From positions 857-64,856 of the forward strand of contig DATJFP010000041.1 in NCBI GenBank assembly GCA_035495615.1: 64,000 nt of DNA. Direction: 5' to 3'. Position numbers and translations under genes: made by a program. The notes under the pieces are model-generated. The model searched no databases and had not been told where the DNA came from. It saw only the letters and a program-made list of their open reading frames with translations. This DNA comes from Verrucomicrobiia bacterium (GTDB lineage Bacteria; Omnitrophota; Omnitrophia; Omnitrophales; Aquincolibacteriaceae). Shown one piece after another: positions 9,315-18,132 of this stretch; within the stretch, counting starts at the first letter, position 1; every line of letters starts with the position of its first letter.

Positions 9315-9893
9315 TCAGGAATCGGTCAACTCCGGCAGAAGGATCACTCGCAGAGTCTCGCTATTTTCGTTCCGGAAGAATTTGGTCTCGAATTCCGATT
9401 TGCGCCCCCCCACTTCCACGGGCTCACCCGGCGGCACTTGGTAGGTGGCAGCCAGCCGGCTGACCGCGACAACGCCTTTCCCTTCCTCGGTCTGATAAGA
9501 AATTCCCGGTACGACCTCGATTTGGATCACGGCTCCCTCCACTTTAGGGTGAAGCAGGAGAACCGATTCCACTCCGCTGAGCGGGACGGAGCTGGCGAGA
9601 TAGCCTTCCTTTTTGAGATAACCCTCATACCATTCAGGCTCTGCGGTTTTGGAAAGGGGAAGTTTTATCTCCTCGCCTTCTTTGACCTGGAAGAAAAGCA
9701 TGGCGTCCGGCGGTTGAGGCTTAGAAGACGCGGGCGCGTCCGGAGCGCCGACCGGTTCCATGATTTTGATTTTGGCGACGAGCTGGATTTTTTCGCCGGC
9801 TGCGCGGCAAGGAGAGGAATAGAAAAAGACCGCGCAAAAGACGGCGGCCAGCAGGCCTGCGGAAAAGTATTTTTTTGCCGCATCAAGAGACAT
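9315..9893 (-). CDS. secreted hypothetical protein
   Basis: Start set at MSLDAAKKYFSAGLLAAVFCAVFF, a signal peptide. No recognisable family. Confidence 0.5.
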   Translation of the reverse strand: MSLDAAKKYFSAGLLAAVFCAVFFYSSPCRAAGEKIQLVAKIKIMEPVGAPDAPASSKPQPPDAMLFFQVKEGEEIKLPLSKTAEPEWYEGYLKKEGYLASSVPLSGVESVLLLHPKVEGAVIQIEVVPGISYQTEEGKGVVAVSRLAATYQVPPGEPVEVGGRKSEFETKFFRNENSETLRVILLPELTDS

Positions 9894-9897
9894 GAAT

Positions 9898-10071
9898 CTA
9901 CCGTCCCGACAGCTTGGCAAAACAGCCGCAGGCAATCAGGCCTGTTCCTACGATATAGATGTTGATGGCCTGGAACTCAAAAACCGCCGCCTGGTGCAAG
10001 AACCTGCCGATGACGCTCGCAATGCACACCACGATCCCCAGCACTCCGATAAAATTTCCGATGTGTTTCAT
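9898..10071 (-). CDS. small membrane protein (57 aa), not in the ORF track
   Basis: I translated the minus strand manually: MKHIGNFIGVLGIVVCIASVIGRFLHQAAVFEFQAINIYIVGTGLIACGCFAKLSGR. It has two hydrophobic helices and sits in a gap between annotated genes. Confidence 0.4.
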   Translation of the reverse strand: MKHIGNFIGVLGIVVCIASVIGRFLHQAAVFEFQAINIYIVGTGLIACGCFAKLSGR

Positions 10072-10099
10072 GGAAGCCTTCCTTTCGAGAAAGGGTTGT

Positions 10100-10276
10100 T
10101 TAGGCCTTTTTGACCGTCATGCGGGCCTGGCTTTTTTCCCGTAGGCGGCGTTCATGTTCGACGGCGGCGCGGAGATCCAGGGCTTCCGCCAGAGGATCGT
10201 AATTCCGGTCGTAGGCCACCGTCTCTTCGGCATTGTCTTTTTCATGAATGGGCTGGATGCTGTTTTTCGTTTTCAC
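10100..10276 (-). CDS. small hydrophilic protein (58 aa), not in the ORF track
   Basis: GTG start preceded by a GGGAGG RBS and overlapping the stop of the upstream MBL-fold gene (GTGA), consistent with translational coupling. Product: VKTKNSIQPIHEKDNAEETVAYDRNYDPLAEALDLRAAVEHERRLREKSQARMTVKKA. Confidence 0.4.
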   Translation of the reverse strand: MKTKNSIQPIHEKDNAEETVAYDRNYDPLAEALDLRAAVEHERRLREKSQARMTVKKA

Positions 10277-10917
10277 GTTTCCTCCCGTTTGCTTTTTAAG
10301 CCTTGGACTGCCGCGAGCTTCTCCTTCAAAAAAAATTGCTCCAAAATGTCATGCGCCTGCACGAGGACCGGCTCGCCGTCCCCGACCAGAATGATCTCAA
10401 AAAAAAGCGCCCGGAGCCGTTCCAATCCGAGCCGCGCTTTGGCGGCATCCTTGTATTTTGCCGCCGGAAGCAGATTGAGCCGCCCCGCGGGCACGCCGAT
10501 AAGCGCATCGCCCAGAATCAAAAGGCCGCGGTTCCGCGCGTAAAAAGCACATTCGCCCGGCGATTTCTGGTCCGGCAAATGCAGCACTTCCAGGCCGCAG
10601 GCCAGCCTTTCGCCTTCCCTGAAAACGTGATCCGGCGCTTCCTTCAGAAACGGTTTGTCCTTTTCGTGGATCGCGACAGGTATTTTCCAATCGCGCCGCA
10701 AGTCATAGGCCGTGCGCTCATGATCTTTGTTGGTCAGATAAATGGCTTGGAAAGGCCCCAGCGCTTCCACCTGCCCGCGCTCCTCGTCCGACATCACCGC
10801 GGGATCGACGAGGACTCTCTCCTGGCCCGCGGCCAACACGGTTCCGTTGAACGCGTAGCCTTTTTCGGGAGACCTCCACGACCACGTCCAGACGTCTTTG
10901 ACGATTTGCCTGAGCAC
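10273..10917 (-). CDS. MBL-fold metallo-hydrolase-like protein (degenerate His motif)
   Basis: About 210 aa with a beta-lactamase-fold-like pattern (LTNKDHERT..., ILGDALIG...HLPD). The canonical HxHxDH is not intact, so the family assignment is tentative. Confidence 0.45.
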   Translation of the reverse strand: MLRQIVKDVWTWSWRSPEKGYAFNGTVLAAGQERVLVDPAVMSDEERGQVEALGPFQAIYLTNKDHERTAYDLRRDWKIPVAIHEKDKPFLKEAPDHVFREGERLACGLEVLHLPDQKSPGECAFYARNRGLLILGDALIGVPAGRLNLLPAAKYKDAAKARLGLERLRALFFEIILVGDGEPVLVQAHDILEQFFLKEKLAAVQGLKSKREET

Positions 10918-10932
10918 GGCAAGCTCCGGTTC

Positions 10933-11406
10933 TCAGCCCGCGGCGGCCGGGACAAGGGGCGCGAAAACATGACTGCCATTTTCCAGTTCCCAGCGCCTTT
11001 TGCCTTTGTGTTCGAGATAAAGGGACCTTAGGGAAGCGATGAGACCGCCATTTTCCTCGCGGATCCAGGGAAACGTGCTGCCCGACGATCTGAGATTTTT
11101 CTTCTTGTCGCAGGGATAGCCCAGGAGGATCGTGTCCCCTTCGTTCAAATCCAGGCCTTCGGGCTTGCGGATGATTTTTTTTACCTGATACTTTGCCTCG
11201 CAGCGGCAGGCAAGATGCGCCAGGGATTTGGCGCCGCAAAAAGATTCGCTTCCGGATTTCAAATAAGTGAGCTCGGCCTCGACATCCACACGCTTGACAT
11301 AGCCCTGGACCCAGGAATCGTAAACCGCCGAAGGCACCGCAGCCTGCGCGCCGGCAGGAAGAACGAGAAGGATGGAGAGCATCGCAAGAAAACCACGGCG
11401 TTTCAT
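10933..11406 (-). CDS. secreted hypothetical protein (157 aa)
   Basis: N-terminal signal peptide MKRRGFLAMLSILLVLPAGAQA and several Cys. No recognisable family. Confidence 0.5.
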   Translation of the reverse strand: MKRRGFLAMLSILLVLPAGAQAAVPSAVYDSWVQGYVKRVDVEAELTYLKSGSESFCGAKSLAHLACRCEAKYQVKKIIRKPEGLDLNEGDTILLGYPCDKKKNLRSSGSTFPWIREENGGLIASLRSLYLEHKGKRRWELENGSHVFAPLVPAAAG

Positions 11407-11442
11407 TTTTCCTCCCTGGGATGGGCCGATCGATCCGCGGGT

Positions 11443-12753
11443 TTACTGCCCGGGCATCGACAATTCGGCATAAGGGCTGTCGTCCGTATTTGGATCCGGC
11501 GCTTTTTCCACCTTTTCCTTAGGCGGGGCGGCAGGCCGGCTTTTTTGCTTCATGATTTTTTCGATCCGCTTGCGCGTCGAAGGATGCTGAAAGGACATTT
11601 TGGCTTTGATCAAGAACGGAGAAAAGTCGTAATACTCCTCGTATAAATAAGGCTCCAGGTAAGAAACAAAAACCGCCCTTTCCACCCGCTCGTCCTCGTT
11701 TTGCGCGGCCGCGGTGAATTTATCCACGGCACGCTGGAGAAAATCCGCTTTCCAGCGCGGAAAAAAATCGCTTTCGACGACCGAGGGTTCGTGGATGAAG
11801 ACTTGCGTCTGGCTCGATTTCGGAGCGTCCTTGTAAGCGATCAGCAGCGTGAAGATGGTCCGGAATTTTCCGGAAGGCAGCGCGGCAGTCGCCACGTAAT
11901 ATTCGATTTTCGCGAGCGGAACACGGCGTCCCGCGGCATCGATGTCGCTCAAACCAAACGAGGTGCCCTGGATGCGCTCGGGAACCGGGAATTCGCGGCC
12001 CTCTTCGGATTCGCTGACGATGTTCAACTCTTCGTCCCTGCGGTAATCTTCCTGGCGCACGGTCATTGCCGTTTTGGAAGATCCGCGGGCCTTGCGCGCG
12101 GAAGGCGCGGACACGGCGGCGGATTGTTTTGCCCTGTCTTCCGCGGCATCTTTATCGATCATGGCCTTGATGACCGCCGGCAGCTCCCGCAGGGTTTTTT
12201 CCACGTAACGTGACGAAAATTCAACGAGTGCCTGCGCGAAATCGCCGCCGTACTGCGCTTCGAGAGCGAAAAACTGGCCCCGGACCAGCGACGAGAAACG
12301 GTCGCGGAAATTGCGCACGAAAACCGGATCAAAGGCGAAATCGCCGCTTCCGACCGTGGTCGACATCCTCAGACTTTTCGTGCCGCCGTCCGGCATGCGC
12401 AGGGTAATAGATACGCGCACTTCGTAAAATCCCTGTTTGAACGGCTTGAGCACGACCTCCGAATCGAAATGGCCGAGGTTCAAGGCCGTACCGTCGGGAT
12501 TGAGCCCGCTTTTGATCTTGGCGGAGATCTGGGAAGACCCGGTGGTGACGATTTCCCGGGCTTTCAAAAGCGGCGCGCCGTCCGGGACAAGAAGGCCGGC
12601 CTGCGGCAGGGCGCGGACGGACATTTGGTATTCCGAAGGGCTGTTGTGGATGTCGATGGCAGTCAGCCTCGAGTCTTCGGCATGCGCGGAAACCGCAGCC
12701 GAAAAAATCAAAATGGCAGCCATCCAGATTTTTTTTTGAGCCATTGTTTTCAT
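11443..12753 (-). CDS. secreted hypothetical protein (436 aa)
   Basis: Signal peptide MKTMAQKKIWMAAILIFSAAVSAHA. No recognisable domain by eye. Confidence 0.55.
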   Translation of the reverse strand: MKTMAQKKIWMAAILIFSAAVSAHAEDSRLTAIDIHNSPSEYQMSVRALPQAGLLVPDGAPLLKAREIVTTGSSQISAKIKSGLNPDGTALNLGHFDSEVVLKPFKQGFYEVRVSITLRMPDGGTKSLRMSTTVGSGDFAFDPVFVRNFRDRFSSLVRGQFFALEAQYGGDFAQALVEFSSRYVEKTLRELPAVIKAMIDKDAAEDRAKQSAAVSAPSARKARGSSKTAMTVRQEDYRRDEELNIVSESEEGREFPVPERIQGTSFGLSDIDAAGRRVPLAKIEYYVATAALPSGKFRTIFTLLIAYKDAPKSSQTQVFIHEPSVVESDFFPRWKADFLQRAVDKFTAAAQNEDERVERAVFVSYLEPYLYEEYYDFSPFLIKAKMSFQHPSTRKRIEKIMKQKSRPAAPPKEKVEKAPDPNTDDSPYAELSMPGQ

Positions 12754-12839
12754 GGGAAGCCTGTTAGGGGCTGGCGGATTATACTATGCCTGACTCAAAA
12801 TCCCAAGGTCCCGGACCTTGAAATCTCCGCATCTTTCTA

Positions 12840-12866
12840 TTGCTCCGAATCGTTTTCAGGTATAAT
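12840..12866 (+). promoter_or_regulatory. candidate promoter for the exbB operon (TTGCTC-15 nt-TATAAT)
   Basis: A perfect -10 TATAAT at 12861-12866 lies about 34 nt upstream of the exbB ATG. The -35 is weak. Confidence 0.35.
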
Positions 12867-12899
12867 ACGGGCGCCTTTCGAAAAAAAGAGGGAGAACCC

Positions 12900-13604
12900 A
12901 TGAAGATCTTGTCTTACCTTACTCTCTTCGGCATTTTTTTGGAAAAAAACGCCTGGGCTGCGGAAGCTCAGAGCTCCCATTCGGGCATGACGCTCTGGCA
13001 GACCCTCCAGTCGGGCGGCGTGGTGATGGTCATTCTCGGGATTCTGTCCCTGATCATCCTTTCCCTCATGATTTTCCTGCTTCTTTACCTGGATCCGCTC
13101 AAGCTCGTGCCTTCGGAGCTCACGCACAAATGCCTCCAATACGTGACCCAGAAAAAATACGATCTCGCGCGCAAGGCCATTTCCGGCAACGAGAGCCTGG
13201 TCAAAAACATCATCCTGGCCGGCCTGGACCGGGTGAACCTCGGCGAAGAGGCGGTGCATGAAACCGTGGAGCTGACCGCCCGCAAAGAAGTAACGACCTT
13301 GTGGAGCTTCCTCAACTACATTTCCGACATCGGGCAGGTCGCGCCCATGCTGGGACTGCTCGGCAACGTGCTGGGCATGATCCGCGCTTTCAATAACGTG
13401 GCCTTCGAAACCGGCGTCGTCAAGCCCATCGCGCTTGCCGGCGGCGTGGCCGAAGCCATGATCACGACCGCGGGCGGACTTTCCATCGGCATTCTGGCCA
13501 TGATCATCTACCCTATCATCCGCGCGCGCGTGCAGAACATCACGAACCTTCTCGAAACCGAAACCTCCGTCATCCTCAAGGCCTTCAGCCATGGCACGGC
13601 TTGA
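12900..13604 (+). CDS. exbB: MotA/TolQ/ExbB proton-channel family protein
   Basis: Three TM helices with a conserved C-terminal region GGVAEAMITTAGGLSIGILAMI typical of ExbB/TolQ. RBS AGAGGGAG precedes the ATG at 12900. Confidence 0.85.
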   Translation: MKILSYLTLFGIFLEKNAWAAEAQSSHSGMTLWQTLQSGGVVMVILGILSLIILSLMIFLLLYLDPLKLVPSELTHKCLQYVTQKKYDLARKAISGNESLVKNIILAGLDRVNLGEEAVHETVELTARKEVTTLWSFLNYISDIGQVAPMLGLLGNVLGMIRAFNNVAFETGVVKPIALAGGVAEAMITTAGGLSIGILAMIIYPIIRARVQNITNLLETETSVILKAFSHGTA

Positions 13605-14019
13605 TCCCCCGGAATACAGCAAACGCCCCCCGACGATCCAGATCGCCCCGCTGGTCGATATCGCCTTCATCACGCTCATTTTCTTCATGACCATGTCGGT
13701 CTTCAACCAGCTCGAGAACGAGCTGTCGATCAATGTCCCCAAAGCCAAAGAGTCGAAAGAAATGGAGCGCACCCCGGGCGAGATTGTGATCAACGTCGAC
13801 CGCGAAGGTGCCGTCGTCGTGAACCAGAAGAAATTCGACCCCGCGGAACTGGAGCAGATGCTCAAACGCCTTTCCTCGCTGTACCCCAATCAGCCCGTCA
13901 TCATCCGGGCCGATGCCAAGACCACCCACGAGCATGTCATCCGCGTCCTCGACGCCTGCGCCGGCGCCGGCATCTGGAACATTGCTTTTGCGACTTCAAA
14001 AGAAGAAAAAACTTCTTAA
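13591..14019 (+). CDS. exbD: ExbD/TolR family biopolymer transport protein
   Basis: IAPLVDIAFITLIFFM is a single TM helix with the conserved Asp, followed by a periplasmic domain. It overlaps exbB by 14 nt. Confidence 0.85.
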   Translation: MARLDPPEYSKRPPTIQIAPLVDIAFITLIFFMTMSVFNQLENELSINVPKAKESKEMERTPGEIVINVDREGAVVVNQKKFDPAELEQMLKRLSSLYPNQPVIIRADAKTTHEHVIRVLDACAGAGIWNIAFATSKEEKTS

Positions 14020-14029
14020 AGGAAAAAAC

Positions 14030-16381
14030 ATGAGAATCCGCATTTCCCTTCTCTGTGGCCTGTTGTGTGCCTTGTCTCTGTCCATGCTTCCCGCGGTTCG
14101 GGCCGAAGAGCCGGCCGCGGCTCCGGCACCGGCGGCCTCCGGCATCGATGACCGGTTCGATTTCGCCGATGGCCTTTACGCCCGCAACATGTACGACATG
14201 GCTGCCACCGAATATCAGAACCTTATAAAGGAAGCGCCGGATCATCCCCGCACGCGCGATGCCTCTTACAGGCTGGCCGAGTCGTATTTCTTCCTGAAGC
14301 AATACGACAAGGCCATGGCCGGATACCAGGCTTGGCTTGCGAAATTTCCGTCTGAGGCCCAGGCTGACAGCGCGAAGCTCCGCATCGCGGAAAGCCTTTA
14401 CTATCAAGGTAAAACTGACGAAGCCCTGGCCCAATTCGGAACCATGGCCGGAAGCCCGAAGCCGCTGGTCAAAAGCGCCGCCCATTATTATCTCGGTAAA
14501 ATCCTGCTGGAAACCGGACGCGAGGCGGAAGCCAAGCCGCATTTCGAGGCGCTTCGCGAACCCGGGCCGGACAATGGCTTTTCCGAAATCGCCGTGTACC
14601 ACCTGGGCCAGATCGCCTTGAAAGACAAGGATTACAAAACCGCGGCGGACGAATTCAAAAAACTCGGATCGAGCGAAAAGGCGGATTTAAAAGAGCTGGC
14701 CGCCTTCGGCCTCGGTCAGGTCTCGTTTCTCTCCGGCGATTACGAACAGGCCCGTCAGGCTTTTCTGCAGACGTTCCAGCTTTCCAAAAAGCCCGAAGTC
14801 CGCCAGGAAGCGCTTTTGAATGCCGCGAAATCGCTTTTCGAACTCAAGCAGTATTCCGGCATCCTCGATCTGATGAAGCCCGAAAATCTGCAGGGACTTC
14901 CGAACGCGGCTCCCCTGAAAATGATGGCGGCCACGGCGCGTTTCGAATTGGGGCAATTCAATGAAGCGCTCGCGCTTTATGACGAAATCCTGGTCCTCCC
15001 GGGAATTACGGCCCAGGAAAAAGAAGCCGCGGAACTGGGAAAGGTCGAGGCGATCCTCCGCAGCGGCGATGCGGCCAAGGCGCTGGCCGCGGCCCAGGCT
15101 ATGCCGCAGGAGCGTTCCTTTTTCAAAGACCGCTGGACGTACCTCATGGCAGAAGTCATGAAGCAGGCCGGAAAATCCGACGAGGCGCTGAAGCTTCTCG
15201 ATTCCCTGCCCCAGGACACGGATCCGGAATTCCGTTCCCGCGCCGAACTCAACCGCGCGCATATTCTCCTGGATTCGGGGGACTTGAAAGGCGCGCGCGC
15301 GCAGATGGACCAATTCCTGAAGGATCATCCGGATCATCCCCTGGCCAAGCAGACGCTGATGAACCGCATCAGCCTGGACATCAAGCTGGGCGAGCTCCAG
15401 GAGGCGACCAAGAGCTCCGACGCCTTTCTCCAGAAATTCGGCGAGACCCCTGAAGGCAAGCAGGTGCGGTACCAGCTGGCGTCCCTTTATCTCTCGCTCA
15501 AAGATTATCCCGGCGCGTTTTCCGCATATGAAAAGTACCTCCAGCTTTATCCGGACGACGAAAAAAAGCACGAGGCACTTTTCTACATGGGCTACGCGAA
15601 GCAGCTCGCGGGCGACATTCAAAAGGCCGTGGAGTATTACACCCAGGTGCAGCAGGGAAAATTGCGGGAGGATCTGTACGCGGGCGCTTTAAAAAATCTC
15701 GCTTACTGTTACGTACGCCTCGAAAAATGGGACGCCGCGGCCGCCGCTTACCGCCAGCTGTTGAAATCGGGTTCCGGCAGCGACGTGGGACCGGACATTT
15801 ATCTGTGGCTGGCGGAATATTACCGCTCGCGTCAGGATGGCCCGGCGCTCACTGAAGTCATGGAGTCCTTCAAGTCCTCGCCCAAGGCCGCGGAAAATGC
15901 CGCGGAGGCGGAATACTTTTCGGGCGAGGCCGCGCGTCTTACGAACCAGCCGGACAAGGCGCTCGCGCATTATGATGCTTGCCTTCAGAAAGAATCCCCG
16001 GTGAAGGCCAAGGCGCTTCTCGGAAAAGCCACAGTCATGCTGGACCGGAATGATCCCGCGGCCGCGGTCCCGATTCTAGAAGACGCCATCCGGCAGTCCA
16101 AAGACGACCAGGAAATGAATCTCGAGGCGCGCATGAAGCTGGCTTCGGTTTATAAAATCCAGAGCAACTTCCTCGAGGCGGCCAAGGCTTATCTGGCTGT
16201 CGCCATTCTTTACGATGATCCCGCCTCCACGCCTGACGCCCTGTGGAACGCCGGGGAAAATTTCGAGAAGGCGGAGCATTCCGATGAAGCGCGCAAGGCC
16301 TATCAGGAACTCACGCAGCGTTATCCCAGCCATCCGCTTGCCGCTCAGGCCCAGAGCAAATTGGGAACCTCGCCGTCATGA
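14030..16381 (+). CDS. large secreted TPR-repeat protein (~784 aa)
   Basis: Signal peptide MRIRISLLCGLLCALSLSMLPAVRA followed by TPR-like repeats throughout. The start was set from track ORF 13913 to the internal ATG preceded by AAAGGAAAAAAC. Confidence 0.8.
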   Translation: MRIRISLLCGLLCALSLSMLPAVRAEEPAAAPAPAASGIDDRFDFADGLYARNMYDMAATEYQNLIKEAPDHPRTRDASYRLAESYFFLKQYDKAMAGYQAWLAKFPSEAQADSAKLRIAESLYYQGKTDEALAQFGTMAGSPKPLVKSAAHYYLGKILLETGREAEAKPHFEALREPGPDNGFSEIAVYHLGQIALKDKDYKTAADEFKKLGSSEKADLKELAAFGLGQVSFLSGDYEQARQAFLQTFQLSKKPEVRQEALLNAAKSLFELKQYSGILDLMKPENLQGLPNAAPLKMMAATARFELGQFNEALALYDEILVLPGITAQEKEAAELGKVEAILRSGDAAKALAAAQAMPQERSFFKDRWTYLMAEVMKQAGKSDEALKLLDSLPQDTDPEFRSRAELNRAHILLDSGDLKGARAQMDQFLKDHPDHPLAKQTLMNRISLDIKLGELQEATKSSDAFLQKFGETPEGKQVRYQLASLYLSLKDYPGAFSAYEKYLQLYPDDEKKHEALFYMGYAKQLAGDIQKAVEYYTQVQQGKLREDLYAGALKNLAYCYVRLEKWDAAAAAYRQLLKSGSGSDVGPDIYLWLAEYYRSRQDGPALTEVMESFKSSPKAAENAAEAEYFSGEAARLTNQPDKALAHYDACLQKESPVKAKALLGKATVMLDRNDPAAAVPILEDAIRQSKDDQEMNLEARMKLASVYKIQSNFLEAAKAYLAVAILYDDPASTPDALWNAGENFEKAEHSDEARKAYQELTQRYPSHPLAAQAQSKLGTSPS

Positions 16382-18066
16382 AAGAAAGAAACATTTTCTT
16401 CCTGTCCGCCGGCGTTTCGCTTTTGGCCCACCTGGCCATCCTCTGCGCCACCTTCTTTATATGGATTCCCGGCGTCACGGGCTCGGCCATGAATGCCGCG
16501 ACCGTCCCTCAAGCCCGCCAGATTTTTCACGTCAAAAGCATCGCGCCTGAAAAGGTCTCCGCTACGGCAGGAAGCGTCCAGGCCGGACGCGTGAGGAAGA
16601 TCAAATTCGAAAATCCCGCGATGGCCGCGGCCGGCAAGGCTGCCGCGGAAAGTTCTTTTTCGCAGGCGCCGCCGCAGATCAAGGCCCCGGACATCCTGGG
16701 AAACGTGCTGCCGGAAAAAATGTCGATGGACACGTCCGCCCCCCTGCCCCAGCCCGAGGCGGCGCCCGAAGTCCTCAAGGAAAAAATCCAGCTCGCGACG
16801 CGGCAGGTCGACCGGAATCAGGCGCTGGGAAAGGCGGAAGTGTTCGTGTCCTCGACAAATCTCACGGAAAGCGCGGGTGCCATGGAGCTGCCGAAAGAAT
16901 TCCGCGAACAGATGCCGGCCTTTACGCCGGAAAAATTTCTGCAGGGAACCCTGACGCCGTCCAACGGCGGCGCGGACTCGGGCGTAGCTTCCGGCATCAT
17001 GAACGGCGAGTTCGGCTTCCAGCCGGACGAACAGAACGAATCGCTCGATGCCTTCCTCAATGTGAGCTTTTTGACTTACCGCGATCCCGCGGACGGGCAG
17101 GGTTATTACCAGATCTCCATTTATTCCTCACCGCAGGCCAAGGATCTGGAAGTTCTGCCCAAGGAAATCATCTTCCTGGTCGACGCGTCACTCAGCATTC
17201 AAAGGCGCCGGCTCAACGGCTTCCGAGAAGGAATCAAGTACGCCCTGCAGCATTTGAATCCCGAAGACAAATTCAACATCTTCGTTTTCAAAAACGAAAT
17301 CATCCCTTTTGCCGAAACGTCCGTCAGCACACGCACGGATTCAATCCTCCGCGCCATGGATTTCATGGACCGTATCGAGCCCAGCAACCGCACGGACATT
17401 TATACCGCGTTCTTTCAGACCATCCAGAAGCCGGCGGCGCTGGAGCCTTCTTACATTGTCCTGCTCAGCGACGGACGTCCGAGCGAAGGCGAGTCGTCGA
17501 CTGGGAAATTGATCTCGGAAATCACGCGCAAGAATGACCAGAAGCGCCCCATTTTCGCGTTCAGCGGAGGCGCGCGCGTCAACCGGTTTCTCCTGGACTT
17601 CCTCGCTTACCCCAACCGCGGATGGTCGGAGTTCGCGCCGTATGATTCCCAGATCCAGGAAAAATTTTCCGCCTTCTACGACAAAATCCAGAATCCCATC
17701 CTCGCAAATTTACGGTACCAGCTCACGCCTCTGGACGAAAAGCAGGCCTATCCCAAAAATCTTCCGGACTTTTACCGAGATACATTGTTCACCGTGTACG
17801 GAACCTTTAAAGACGAGACGAAATTTTCGATTCGGATCCTCGGGGAAGAGGGCGGGAACACCAAAGAATTCATTTTCTCGCACGATCTCAGGCAAGCGCA
17901 GCAGGGAACCTCGGAGATCGCCAAACACTGGGCCTTCAACAAGGTCTATTATTTGATCAGCCAGATGACCTTGCACGGCCCGACGCCGGAACAGAAGGAG
18001 GAGATCCAGAAACTGGTCAAAAAATTCGGACTGGATATCCCCTACAACGTGGACGAACTTATTTAA
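16378..18066 (+). CDS. membrane-anchored protein with a TonB/TolA-like N-terminal anchor (SxxxH), Pro/Ala-rich linker and a C-terminal vWA domain
   Basis: The N-terminal TM helix FFLSAGVSLLAHLAILCATFF contains S-x3-H as in TonB/TolA anchors. The linker is APLPQPEAAPE-rich. The vWA MIDAS motif is IIFLVDASLSIQ with ...VLLSDGRPSEG. The ATG overlaps the TPR gene stop in ATGA. Confidence 0.7.
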   Translation: MKERNIFFLSAGVSLLAHLAILCATFFIWIPGVTGSAMNAATVPQARQIFHVKSIAPEKVSATAGSVQAGRVRKIKFENPAMAAAGKAAAESSFSQAPPQIKAPDILGNVLPEKMSMDTSAPLPQPEAAPEVLKEKIQLATRQVDRNQALGKAEVFVSSTNLTESAGAMELPKEFREQMPAFTPEKFLQGTLTPSNGGADSGVASGIMNGEFGFQPDEQNESLDAFLNVSFLTYRDPADGQGYYQISIYSSPQAKDLEVLPKEIIFLVDASLSIQRRRLNGFREGIKYALQHLNPEDKFNIFVFKNEIIPFAETSVSTRTDSILRAMDFMDRIEPSNRTDIYTAFFQTIQKPAALEPSYIVLLSDGRPSEGESSTGKLISEITRKNDQKRPIFAFSGGARVNRFLLDFLAYPNRGWSEFAPYDSQIQEKFSAFYDKIQNPILANLRYQLTPLDEKQAYPKNLPDFYRDTLFTVYGTFKDETKFSIRILGEEGGNTKEFIFSHDLRQAQQGTSEIAKHWAFNKVYYLISQMTLHGPTPEQKEEIQKLVKKFGLDIPYNVDELI

Positions 18067-18132
18067 ATCCCCCACTTTTGACTTAATTTATGCTTAAAAT
18101 TGGGCTGGTCTCTATCTTTTTGGCTATTTTTC

